Assembly (NCBI GenBank): GCA_049602735.1
Contig: JBMYRW010000002.1
Location: 3,760 to 67,759 of the forward strand
Direction of reading: 5' to 3'
Length of the DNA stretch: 64,000 nt
DNA from: Thermoplasmatota archaeon
Lineage (GTDB): Archaea > Thermoplasmatota > E2 > JACPAO01 > JAHFTW01
This document shows positions 1-8,930 of the stretch, piece by piece. A program made the position numbers and the translations under genes. Under the pieces are notes generated by a model, which was not told the origin of the DNA, did not search any database, and saw only the letters and a program-made list of their open reading frames with translations. Positions within the stretch are counted from its first letter, which is position 1; each line of letters opens with the position of its first letter.

Positions 1-1044
1 GTGGCCGGGGACGCCAGGCTCCACGAGGGCCTCAAAGCCATGGGACGCCAGGCGCTCCAGGAGCTTGTGCCAACCGGCGGGACGGGTGCTTTCCCCGGTC
101 GCGTCCCGGCCTTGCTCCTGCGGCCGCTCGTCGCCCCGGGGCTCTTCGCGGTCGGGCGTGGCGCGGCGGCGTCCCGTCTGGATGACGGACTCCGTGACCG
201 TCTCTTGGACCAAGGCGCTGCCGGGCTCAGGGACCTGTCCATAGGCGGAGACGGCGGCTTCCTGGACGAGGGCTCGGGCATGCCCGGAGCGGTCGGCGCG
301 GCCCGCACGCCCTGGCTCCAGGTCGGAGACGCGGCGCACGGGGGCGCGGACGCTGCGGAAGCGGCTCTCCATCTCATGGATGAGGCGGCGGTGCTCGGCC
401 TCCTTGCGGCGCTCGCGCGCCTCCTTCTCGGCCTGCAGGCGCCGCTTGCGCTCTTCGCTCGTGAAGCGGTCGCGCAGGTCCTGGAAGAAGAGGGCCGGAT
501 CGAGTCGGACGTCATCCTGGGCGGCGACCAGGTGGACCGCCTGCACCGCGGCGAGGCGGCCGTCGAGGTCCGGGCCCAGCGCATCGGCCAAGGCATCGAG
601 CTGCGCGTCGCTGACGGCACCCACAGTGGGGGCTTCGATGTGGACGCCGAGGCGGGTGAGCTTGCGGGGATCTTGGGGGTCCCTGTAGACCAGCGTGGGC
701 AGCTCGTCGCCGAGGCGCTGACGCAGGGCGGTCGCCTGGCGGGCATCGAAGGCCATCCGGCGGGCCATCAAGGGCTCGAGAACAGATGGCGGGACCGCGT
801 GGGCGCGCCGCGCGCCGAGCAGGAGCACCTGGTCCAGTTGGCGCGTGTTGGCGGGCTCCACGAACTCGACGGCCCGCTCCAGGTCGTTGACCATGTCGGG
901 CTCTTCTTGGGGCACGCGGATCACCAGGACACGCTGGCCGTCGTCGTCCCACAGGCTGGACCCGTACTGGGGCGAGAGCTGCTGCCGCAGTTCGGCCAGG
1001 CGGGCGGCGGGGACGGGTGTGGTTCCCAGGCGGGCCGGGGACAT
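1..1044 (-). CDS. hypothetical protein, 3' end outside the window; contains a charged coiled-coil stretch
   Basis: Minus-strand frame open from ATG 1044 (alternative ATG 1071) to base 1: MSPARLGTTPVPAARLAELRQQLSPQYGSSLWDD...EERKRRLQAEKEARERRKEAEHRR...; G/C-ending codons. Missing from the ORF track because it runs off the edge. Confidence 0.75.
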   Translation of the reverse strand, partial: MSPARLGTTPVPAARLAELRQQLSPQYGSSLWDDDGQRVLVIRVPQEEPDMVNDLERAVEFVEPANTRQLDQVLLLGARRAHAVPPSVLEPLMARRMAFDARQATALRQRLGDELPTLVYRDPQDPRKLTRLGVHIEAPTVGAVSDAQLDALADALGPDLDGRLAAVQAVHLVAAQDDVRLDPALFFQDLRDRFTSEERKRRLQAEKEARERRKEAEHRRLIHEMESRFRSVRAPVRRVSDLEPGRAGRADRSGHARALVQEAAVSAYGQVPEPGSALVQETVTESVIQTGRRRATPDREEPRGDERPQEQGRDATGESTRPAGWHKLLERLASHGFEALVEPGVPGH

Positions 1045-1235
1045 AGGAAGCCCATGGAGGCACGGGCTCATGAACCGTTCCAAGCGACCTCCCGGCGCCA
1101 AAGGGGGACCGATGCCCCCGTCGCCACGGCGCAGCACGCGAACATGGGCTCATGGCCAAGCATCCGATGGGACCACTGGAACCGATGGAAGCCTTCGCCC
1201 GAGCCCCCTTTCTGGAAGGGTGTTCCGAAGAGGGG

Positions 1236-1434
1236 GACCCCTTGATTTCAACTGCAACAAGAATTCTCTAAGGCAAGAGGTCTGTTCTGTTTCTTGTCAG
1301 GCAAGAGTCCCTGCCTCTTCATGTTCTTCTTCTTCTTCAACTCGCCGAGAGAACAGGGTGGACGTTTCCATGCGGACGCGAACAGCGCTTCTTCGAGGAC
1401 CAGGGTGAAAGGTTCCACGTGAAAAGAAGGGGTC
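1236..1434. other. inverted pair of ORB-like (Orc1/Cdc6-binding) elements around an AT-richer spacer; candidate replication origin
   Basis: Minus 1236-1258 GTTGCAGTTGAAATCAAGGGGTC and plus 1412-1434 GTTCCACGTGAAAAGAAGGGGTC match at 18/23 positions and resemble the archaeal ORB (TTCCAnnGGAAA...GGGG). Bases 1261-1340 are 35/80 G+C. Confidence 0.45.
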
Positions 1435-1551
1435 GGGGTCTGGCCCCGCTCGACACCTGCACCTACGACGCTTAGAGTGCGCCGAACGGCCAGGAGGTGA
1501 GGGACGAAGCGTTGCGTGACGCGGACGGAACGACGTCGTGCAACAACGGCG

Positions 1552-3201
1552 CTAGGAACTGGCGCCGGGCAGGCTTCCGTGGACCAGGTCGCCATCGCTG
1601 ATCGTAGCTTCGACCCTCCAGGAGCGGGGCCGCTCGTCCGTATCACCCACGATCACCAGGTCTGCAAGGCAGCCAGGCTCGATGCGGCCAAGATCGGCGC
1701 GGTGGATCGACCAGGCGGCGCGGTCGGTGTAGAAGAAGACCGCTTCCTGCCAGGTGAGGCGTTGGCTCTCGACAGGGTGGTGGACGGCAGCATCGATGCC
1801 ACGCAGGGGGCCGAACGGCATGCCGTCGCTGCCGAATGCGAGCGGGACGCCGGCGGCCAGGAAGTCCCGGTAGCGGTTGTTGAGTTCGACGCGCGCGCCG
1901 AGCCGTTGGCCGTACATCCCCTCCTTGGTGCTCCATTCGCCCACGAAGTTGGGCTGGCAGCTGGCGACGATGCCCAGCTCCGCCGTGAGCGCCACCGCCT
2001 CCGGGTGGGGCAGCTCGTAATGCTCGAAACGGTGGCGCAGGCCGTGCTGCCAGCCTTCGGAGAGGTCCTCCGCAGCGGCAAGGCGGGCGTAGGCGGCCAG
2101 CCCCTGGTCGATGGCGGCGTCGCCGATCACGTGCAGGTGGAGTTGGATGCCGGCAGCGTGGGCCTTGGCCATCATCTGGTCCAGCTGTTCGTCCGTCCAG
2201 TTGCGCTTGCCCCGGTTGCCCGGGTCGTCGGCGTACTCCTCGCGCAGGTAGGCCGTGTTGCCGCCGAAGCTGCCGTCGAGGAAGATCTTCAGGCCGCCGT
2301 CCTGCAGCCAAGCCCCGTCGTCGCGGCCACGCGGCCGGCCCGTGTGGAACGGTTGGTCGGTGCCATCCGCGGCCTCCGCGCTGCCGGGCTTGTTTGCGCC
2401 GGCCACCGCGTCATCCAGGAATTGGGGGTAGATGTTGCTCGCCACGCGCACCGTCAGGTCGCCGCTGGCAGCACCCCGCAGCAGGGCGGCCCGGTAAGGG
2501 GCCTGGCTGTAGTCTCCAAGCGCCGTGACACCGAGGCTGTGGGCCAGCGCGCAGGCGTCCCGCACAGCGGCATCCAGCTCGTCGTCGCTGGAGGGGAGCA
2601 CTTCGTTGAGGTAGAGGCTCGCCTCTTCGTCCAGGCGCCCCGTGGCCAGATCGACCAGGTCGTCACGGTCCCATTTGGCGCGCACGAGGGGCAACGCCAC
2701 ACGGTTGGCGACCGCCGTGTGGCCGCAGATGCGCCGCAGCACGATGGGCCGGTCGGTGCCGACCGCTTCGTCCACTTCGGCCATGGTGGGCAGCCGCGGC
2801 TCGGGCCATCGGGACTCGTCGAGCGCTTCCGCGATCACACCGCCGTCGCCGGGGTTGGCCGCCAGCCACGTCCGCAGGCGCTCGAAGGCGTCCTCCAGGC
2901 TTTCCGCGTGGGCCAGGTCGGGCCGCAGGTTCTTGACGCTGGCGTGCAGGAAGTGCATGTGGGCATCGACGAAGCCGGGCAGCACCCGCGCGCCCCCGAC
3001 GTCCACGATGGCCTCCTCTGGGATCCCGGCCTTCAGGGCCGCAGCGCGCACCTCGTCGTCACTGCCGACCGCCACGATGCGTCCGTCCTTCCACGCCACA
3101 GCGGAGGCTTGGCTGCTGGGGGTCACCATGGTCCACAGGTCGGCGTTCACAAGGGCGCCGGCGGCGCGGCTGATGGGGCTTGAGGCGGACTCTTGGGGCA
3201 C
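1552..3201 (-). CDS. amidohydrolase family 3 (YtcJ-like) metal-dependent hydrolase
   Basis: PGFVDAHMH metal motif, KIFLDGS, HVIGDAA, RFEH, FGSDG, GRIEPGCLADLVI. Confidence 0.9.
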   Translation of the reverse strand: MPQESASSPISRAAGALVNADLWTMVTPSSQASAVAWKDGRIVAVGSDDEVRAAALKAGIPEEAIVDVGGARVLPGFVDAHMHFLHASVKNLRPDLAHAESLEDAFERLRTWLAANPGDGGVIAEALDESRWPEPRLPTMAEVDEAVGTDRPIVLRRICGHTAVANRVALPLVRAKWDRDDLVDLATGRLDEEASLYLNEVLPSSDDELDAAVRDACALAHSLGVTALGDYSQAPYRAALLRGAASGDLTVRVASNIYPQFLDDAVAGANKPGSAEAADGTDQPFHTGRPRGRDDGAWLQDGGLKIFLDGSFGGNTAYLREEYADDPGNRGKRNWTDEQLDQMMAKAHAAGIQLHLHVIGDAAIDQGLAAYARLAAAEDLSEGWQHGLRHRFEHYELPHPEAVALTAELGIVASCQPNFVGEWSTKEGMYGQRLGARVELNNRYRDFLAAGVPLAFGSDGMPFGPLRGIDAAVHHPVESQRLTWQEAVFFYTDRAAWSIHRADLGRIEPGCLADLVIVGDTDERPRSWRVEATISDGDLVHGSLPGASS

Positions 3202-3390
3202 GCTGGCCCAGTCGGCTGGTCGCCCATGACGCTTCGGGTCTTGGCCGGCGGTCGCCGTGCGGCACAGCCTGCCACAATCCTACTTGACGGATGGAAACGC
3301 ACGAGCCGTGCGAAGGCGTGCCATGAAGCGTGCTTCAAGCCGCTTTGAAGCAGACCCCCTGGGGCTTCCGTTGGAGGCTTCCAGGAGGTC

Positions 3391-3443
3391 TGTTACCAAC
3401 TCTGGTTGCATCTGGAGGGGTTTGTTACCAATGCATGGTTAAC
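3391..3443. promoter_or_regulatory. tandem imperfect palindromic operator pair upstream of nrdJ
   Basis: TGTTACCAACTCTGGTTGCA at 3391 and TGTTACCAATGCATGGTTAAC at 3423; shared TGTTACCAA starts 32 bp apart; each has an ACCA-N4/5-TGGT dyad. Confidence 0.45.
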
Positions 3444-3634
3444 CCCCACGCGGTATCGAACAACTCCGGGTGGTGGCTCACGCCGCCGCCCGCGTCGCGG
3501 CTGGCCTCACAGTCGGCCGGGATGGGATGCACCTTGGTGGATGATCCCGCGTGGAGAGCCGCGTGCGGGGACACCTTCCCTTCCTCCCATTCCGCTGCCC
3601 TGCCTGACGCCGCCGCCTGTGGAGGCACACGACG

Positions 3635-6600
3635 ATGAGCAAGGACCTGCAACTGGATTTCACCGGCGGCGCCGGCAGCCCGCCCTCCCCCACCTCGGCG
3701 GAGCTGACGGACCTGGGCGCCCCTGAGACGCCGCCCTCTGAAGCCGCCCCGGCCCCCCTGGGCCTGCACGTGGACCGCCATTACACCACGCCGGGCCAGG
3801 ACCCCTATGCGGCGCTCGGCTGGAAGACCCGCAAGTCGGTCATCCAGAACCCGGACGGCTCCGTGGTGTTCCAGGTGGACGCGGCCGAGGTGCCCGACAC
3901 CTGGAGCCAGCTGGCCACCGACATCATCGTCTCCAAGTACTTCCGCAAGGCGGGCGTCCCCCAGGACGACGGCACGACCGGCGGCGAGACCTCCGCAGGC
4001 CAGGTCTGCCACCGCATCGCCACCACGATCCGCTGGTGGGGCGAGGAGCACGGCTACTTCGCCACCGCCGACGACGCCGAGACGTTCGAAGCGGAACTCA
4101 AGCACCTTCTGATCACCCAGCGGGGCGCCTTCAACAGCCCCGTCTGGTTCAACTGCGGCCACGAGCACGTCTACGGCATCCACGGCGGCAGCGGCAACTG
4201 GGCCTACAACGAAGAGACCGGCCAGGTCGAGAAGATCGACAACAACTACGCCCGGCCCCAGTGCAGCGCCTGCTTCATCCAGCGCGTCGAGGACAACCTC
4301 GTCGACGAGAAGGGCATCTTCGACCTGCTGGCCGCCGAGGCCCGCCTGTTCAAGTACGGCAGCGGCACCGGCAGCAACTTCAGCCGCGTGCGCAGCAAGT
4401 ACGAGAACCTCAGCGGCGGCGGCACCTCCAGCGGCCTCATGTCGTTCCTGAAGGTCCTGGACGCCGGCGCCGGGGCCACCAAGAGCGGCGGCACCACCCG
4501 CCGGGCCGCCAAGATGGTCAGCCTCGACATGGACCACCCGGAGATCCTCGACTTCATCACCTGGAAGGTCAACGAGGAGAAGAAGGTGGCAGCCCTCATC
4601 GCCGCCGGCTACGACTCTGACTTCAACGGCGAGGCGTACGGTACCGTCAGCGGCCAGAACAGCAACAACTCCGTGCGCGTGGCGGACGACTTCATGAACG
4701 CGGTCAAGGAGGACGGCGACTGGTCCACCTACCTGCGCACCCGCACGCCCGACGGCAAGCACATCGAGAGCGCCCAACCGGGCCCCCGCCAGGTCCACGC
4801 CACCTACAAGGCCCGCGAGCTGTGGGACAAGATCGGCTTCGCCGCCTGGGCCTGCGCCGACCCTGGCCTCCAGTACGACACCACGATCAACACGTGGCAC
4901 ACCTGCAAGGCGACGGGCAAGATCAACGGCTCCAACCCGTGCAGCGAGTACATGTTCCTCGACGACAGCGCCTGCAACCTGGCGTCGCTGAACCTCCTGC
5001 TCTTCATCGACTCCGAGGGCCGCTTCGACGTGGCCGCCTACCGCCATGCGGTGCGCGTCTTCTTCATCGCCCAGGAGATCCTCGTGGGCTTCAGCAGCTA
5101 CCCGACCCGTGAGATCGCCAAGAACTCCGAGGACTACCGTCCCCTGGGTCTTGGCTACGCCAACCTGGGCGCCCTCCTGATGGTCAGCGGCCTGCCGTAC
5201 GATTCCGAGGGCGGCCGTGCTGTCGCCGGCGCGCTCACGGCGATCCTCACCGGCCACGCCTACCGCGTCTCGGCGGAGATGGCGCAGGTCAAGGGCCCCT
5301 TCCGCGGCATCGAGGTCCAGGATGAGACCGGCCGCACCAACTGGGAGACCATGACCGAGGTCATCGGCATGCACCTGGACGCCGCCCGCCTCCTGCGCGA
5401 GACCGGCAGCCCGCTCCCGCAGATGCCCGGCCTCGGTGGCCCCACCGAGATGGCCCTTGCCCTGGGCGACGGTGGCCCCCTCGCTCGCTTCGCCAACACG
5501 TTCGACGCGGCGGTGGAGGACTGGGAGGCAGCCCTGGAGCTCGGCAAGCGCTTCGGCTGGCGCAACGCCCAGGCGACCGTGCTGGCCCCCACAGGCACCA
5601 TCGGCCTGCTGATGGACTGTGACACCACCGGCGTGGAGCCCGACTTCTCCCTGGTGAAGTTCAAGAAGCTGGCCGGCGGCGGTTACTTCAAGATCATCAA
5701 CCAGAGCGTCCCGGCGGCCCTGGAGAACCTGGGCTACAGCGACGAGGAGATCCAGCTCGTGGAGCGCTACGCGATCGGCCACGGCACCCTCGAGGGCGGC
5801 CCGGTCACCAAGGAGTCCCTCCTGGAGAAGGGCTTCACGGAGGAGCAGTACCAGGAGGCCTACGACGCCGTGGCCGCCAGCGGCTCCTTCAACGAGTGGA
5901 CCCCCGGCATCGACCCCAAGGCGATGCGCGCCGCCGGCTTCAGCAAGCAGGCCGTGGCGGAGCTCGTCGCCTACGTGGAGGGCCACCAGACCGTCGAGGG
6001 CAGCCTCGTCAAGGACGAACACCTGCCCATCTTCGACTGCGCCAACCGCTGCGGCGACGGCGAGCGCTTCATCCACCATGAGGGCCACATCCGTATGATG
6101 GCGGCGGCGCAGCCGTTCATCAGCGGTGCCATCAGCAAGACGATCAACATGCCCAACCAGGTCACCGTGGAGGACGTCCAGGGTGCCTACCAGCTCGGCT
6201 GGGAGCTCGATCTGAAGGCGGTCGCCCTGTACCGTGACGGCTGCAAGCTCAGCCAGCCCCTCAACACCAAGAGCGACAGTGAAGAGGAAGAGGAGGCGGA
6301 AGCCCCCGTCGTGGCGGCCCAGGCGGTCCCGATCCTGGTGGAAGGGCCCAAGCACGGTGAGACAGAGCAGCCTCCTCGTGACAACGACCAGGGCTTCAAG
6401 CGCACCGTGACCATCTACACGGCCCACGGCTCCGAGAAGCTGGACGTGCAGATCTGGGAGTACCCGGACGGCCGCCCCTGCGAGGTCTACGTCGGCGCCC
6501 GCAAGAGCGGCACCCTCACGGACAACTTCCTCAAGGAGATCGGCCGTAACTACAGCCGCCTCCTGCAACTCGGCCTCAGCCTCGATGAACTGACCCGCAA

Positions 6601-7081
6601 GCTCTCCAACGAGCACGGGCCGCTGGGCGGTCAGACCGACCACCGTTACATCAAGAGCTGCCTCGGCGTGCAGGACTTCCTGGGCAAGCTGCTGCGCTAC
6701 GAATACTTCGGCGAGACCGACTTCCTGTCCGTCAAGCCGGACCCCGAAGACCCGAACTACCTCCCCACGCGCCGTGAGGTCCTCGCAATGCTCCGCCTGG
6801 CCAAGCAGCGCCCGGCCACGGAGAAGACCCTGGCGGACTTCGAGGGCGTCGAAGCCGAGGCAACGGCCGCCACGGCGGACGCCGCTGTGGTGGAAGCACC
6901 CGTGGACGACGAAGAGGACGACCTCTCCCTACGCCTCGGCAAGGCCTCCAGCGACCCCAACGACGCCTACGCCAGCATGGGCGGCGACGCTCCGGCGTGC
7001 GACATGTGCGGCCATGTCACCGTGCGCAACGGTGCGTGCTACAAGTGCATGAACTGCGGCAACTCGATGGGTTGCAGCTGA
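3635..7081 (+). CDS. nrdJ: class II (adenosylcobalamin-dependent) ribonucleotide reductase with C-terminal TSCPD-like and Zn-ribbon domains
   Basis: AFNSPVWFN, CSACFI, GGTTRRAAKM, SNPCSE finger loop, APTGTIG, AISKTINMP, YRDG; C-terminus CDMC...CYKCMNCGNSMGCS; GGAGG just upstream. Confidence 0.95.
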   Translation: MSKDLQLDFTGGAGSPPSPTSAELTDLGAPETPPSEAAPAPLGLHVDRHYTTPGQDPYAALGWKTRKSVIQNPDGSVVFQVDAAEVPDTWSQLATDIIVSKYFRKAGVPQDDGTTGGETSAGQVCHRIATTIRWWGEEHGYFATADDAETFEAELKHLLITQRGAFNSPVWFNCGHEHVYGIHGGSGNWAYNEETGQVEKIDNNYARPQCSACFIQRVEDNLVDEKGIFDLLAAEARLFKYGSGTGSNFSRVRSKYENLSGGGTSSGLMSFLKVLDAGAGATKSGGTTRRAAKMVSLDMDHPEILDFITWKVNEEKKVAALIAAGYDSDFNGEAYGTVSGQNSNNSVRVADDFMNAVKEDGDWSTYLRTRTPDGKHIESAQPGPRQVHATYKARELWDKIGFAAWACADPGLQYDTTINTWHTCKATGKINGSNPCSEYMFLDDSACNLASLNLLLFIDSEGRFDVAAYRHAVRVFFIAQEILVGFSSYPTREIAKNSEDYRPLGLGYANLGALLMVSGLPYDSEGGRAVAGALTAILTGHAYRVSAEMAQVKGPFRGIEVQDETGRTNWETMTEVIGMHLDAARLLRETGSPLPQMPGLGGPTEMALALGDGGPLARFANTFDAAVEDWEAALELGKRFGWRNAQATVLAPTGTIGLLMDCDTTGVEPDFSLVKFKKLAGGGYFKIINQSVPAALENLGYSDEEIQLVERYAIGHGTLEGGPVTKESLLEKGFTEEQYQEAYDAVAASGSFNEWTPGIDPKAMRAAGFSKQAVAELVAYVEGHQTVEGSLVKDEHLPIFDCANRCGDGERFIHHEGHIRMMAAAQPFISGAISKTINMPNQVTVEDVQGAYQLGWELDLKAVALYRDGCKLSQPLNTKSDSEEEEEAEAPVVAAQAVPILVEGPKHGETEQPPRDNDQGFKRTVTIYTAHGSEKLDVQIWEYPDGRPCEVYVGARKSGTLTDNFLKEIGRNYSRLLQLGLSLDELTRKLSNEHGPLGGQTDHRYIKSCLGVQDFLGKLLRYEYFGETDFLSVKPDPEDPNYLPTRREVLAMLRLAKQRPATEKTLADFEGVEAEATAATADAAVVEAPVDDEEDDLSLRLGKASSDPNDAYASMGGDAPACDMCGHVTVRNGACYKCMNCGNSMGCS

Positions 7082-7090
7082 GCACCGGGC

Positions 7091-7120
7091 CCTCCTTCTC
7101 CTTTCCTTCTCCCTGTTTTT
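7091..7120 (+). terminator. pyrimidine/T-tract, archaeal-type terminator after nrdJ
   Basis: CCTCCTTCTCCTTTCCTTCTCCCTGTTTTT starting 10 nt after the stop codon. Confidence 0.4.
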
Positions 7121-7166
7121 GCAACGCCACGGCAACGCCCTTAGCGCGGGCGCCGGCTCAGCGCCT

Positions 7167-7712
7167 ATGCACAGACCACTCGCGCTCCTGGGCCTGCCAC
7201 TCCTGTTGCTGGCCGGCCTGGCCGGTTGCCTGGACGACCAAGAAGCCGGCAGCATCGACGCGGGCGGCGAGGCGGAAGGGCCCGCTGGCGAACGGCTCAC
7301 CGACCGTTCAGAACGCGGCGCCCAACGGGCCAACACGACACGTGAACCCATCCTTCAAGAGAGCATCACAGGACCTGGGAGCGCTCAGGCGACCATCCCG
7401 AACGGGACGTTGTACGTCTTGCTGACCCTGCGGCTTCAGACCCTCGCCGTCTTCCCAGAGATCACGATGACCGGATGTCCCTCCAAATCCCTCACGGTCA
7501 TCAGCTTCAGCGCCCTCGGCGAGATCACCTACACCAGGGAATGCCGGGACCCCGACGTCGGCGGCACGACGATCGAATGGACCTCCTCATCGCCGGTCAT
7601 GCTGGGGACTGTCGAAGCCGTCGCCCACGTCCTGGACGACGCCGCCGAGACGGAACCAGACGGTTCCGACGACGACCAGGCCGACGACGGCGCTTCAAGT
7701 ACCCCACGGTGA
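7167..7712 (+). CDS. putative lipoprotein, function unknown
   Basis: MHRPLALLGLPLLLLAGLAGC lipobox; acidic tail. Confidence 0.75.
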   Translation: MHRPLALLGLPLLLLAGLAGCLDDQEAGSIDAGGEAEGPAGERLTDRSERGAQRANTTREPILQESITGPGSAQATIPNGTLYVLLTLRLQTLAVFPEITMTGCPSKSLTVISFSALGEITYTRECRDPDVGGTTIEWTSSSPVMLGTVEAVAHVLDDAAETEPDGSDDDQADDGASSTPR

Positions 7713-7952
7713 TGCTTCCCGTTGTCGCCTCATGCGACAGGAAGCGAACCACATGACACCCGATGAAGCCCTCCAGAACATGCACGCCCTCGCCTGGACC
7801 CCCGTCAGCAGCCGTGTGCTGAGCGCGCGGCCGACGAAGGCGTGACCACGCGCACAGTTCGGTGAAACCGAACACGCGTCGGCCTTTGCCACGAGCATCA
7901 AACCCCTCAGCGCGTTCTTCGCTTTGCCCACCAAGTGGGCGGAGACAACAAC

Positions 7953-8360
7953 ATGAAGAACGTGATTTGGGCCTTCATGGCCCTCATGGCCCTTGTCGGC
8001 CTGCCGAACGCGAGTGCCGTCAACCCGTATGAGGAAGGCAAGGATGCCTACCAAGAACTACGCAGCCTGTATGGTGGCGGCGGAAACTGCAGTAACTACG
8101 GCGTCGCCGTCAACTCCTACATTTTTTCGGACCCTGATTGCAGCAGTCAGACCTACTACCAACACTGCGATCAGGGCACCGGTGCCGGTGCTGGCGCCGG
8201 AGGCGGCGGAGCAGGGACCGACGTCGGGGCGGAAGCGACTGCCGGCACCCACTGCACTCAATCGAACAACGGTGGCTCTGACCATGAGGTGAAGGACCCG
8301 ACCGCGAGGATCGCGCAGGTTCTCGCTGAAGTCAACAGCGCTCTGAACGACGCGCTCTAG
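7953..8360 (+). CDS. small secreted Gly/Cys-containing protein
   Basis: MKNVIWAFMALMALVGLPNASA signal peptide; GGAG upstream; 4 Cys; Gly-rich linker. Confidence 0.7.
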   Translation: MKNVIWAFMALMALVGLPNASAVNPYEEGKDAYQELRSLYGGGGNCSNYGVAVNSYIFSDPDCSSQTYYQHCDQGTGAGAGAGGGGAGTDVGAEATAGTHCTQSNNGGSDHEVKDPTARIAQVLAEVNSALNDAL

Positions 8361-8369
8361 GGGAGGGAC

Positions 8370-8903
8370 ATGAAATCCATCATCACGCTGGTCGTTGTCA
8401 GCCTTTTGGCGACGGCGCCCGCTACGGTCGCGGATTCGCAAGAGGCTGCGCCGACTGTGCTTCCTGATGATTGTCGTCTGGACGCGCGGCCCGCCTTTGA
8501 AGGGTTCTTCCTTCGATGCGGTGAAGAGAACAAGGCTTGCGGAGTCTTGGCTCAACCAGCCTGTTGGAGCGTCCGCTTCGTCTGCTGGGGAATCGGCTAC
8601 CAGACTGAAAAAATGCTGTGGACCCATTGTGGGACGCAGCCTGGTTGCTGCGGCAACCTCACGTCGAATCGAGCCTACCCGGCCGCGTCGCCGTGGCAAT
8701 TGCTTCAGCAGAATTGCGACAACTATGGTATCGAGGTCAACCTGGTGGTCGGCAGTCACCCCTGCTATGGGGAGACTTGCAAGAACACCGGTGTTCGGGC
8801 CTCGGTGGCGGTCGCGGGCTCGCATTGCGGCCAGCGGGGCATCACCGTTTGTTTGGCACAGCATTGCAGCGCTGTTCGACCGCCGCCCCCCGTTTCCTTC
8901 TAG
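8370..8903 (+). CDS. secreted Cys-rich protein (14 Cys)
   Basis: MKSIITLVVVSLLATAPATVA signal peptide; GGAGG directly upstream; starts 9 nt after the previous stop. Confidence 0.6.
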   Translation: MKSIITLVVVSLLATAPATVADSQEAAPTVLPDDCRLDARPAFEGFFLRCGEENKACGVLAQPACWSVRFVCWGIGYQTEKMLWTHCGTQPGCCGNLTSNRAYPAASPWQLLQQNCDNYGIEVNLVVGSHPCYGETCKNTGVRASVAVAGSHCGQRGITVCLAQHCSAVRPPPPVSF

Positions 8904-8930
8904 GATAATTCGGGCCTTTCCCTTCTCCTT

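Noticed and set aside
1248..1646. 132-aa minus-strand ORF across the first intergenic region
   Set aside because: Overlaps the amidohydrolase 3' end in another frame, has atypical codon use and no motif; the region is better explained as non-coding
3445..3634. Cobalamin riboswitch upstream of the B12-dependent RNR
   Set aside because: The conserved B12-box elements (GGGAA, GCCACTG, AGCCAG..GACC) are not found in the right order
3425..6643. 1072-aa minus-strand ORF, and similar long antisense ORFs such as 1-1245, 1516-3183, 19096-21129, 35206-36927 and 55122-60593
   Set aside because: Shadow frames opposite well-supported genes; high G+C and codon bias suppress stop codons, and they show no motifs
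3635..7081. Intein in nrdJ (and likewise in infB)
   Set aside because: Core motifs are contiguous; I see no C...HN splice junctions or LAGLIDADG blocks
7753..7845. 30-aa ORF MTPDEALQNMHALAW...
   Set aside because: Too short and no recognisable motif; could be a gene fragment but I cannot support it
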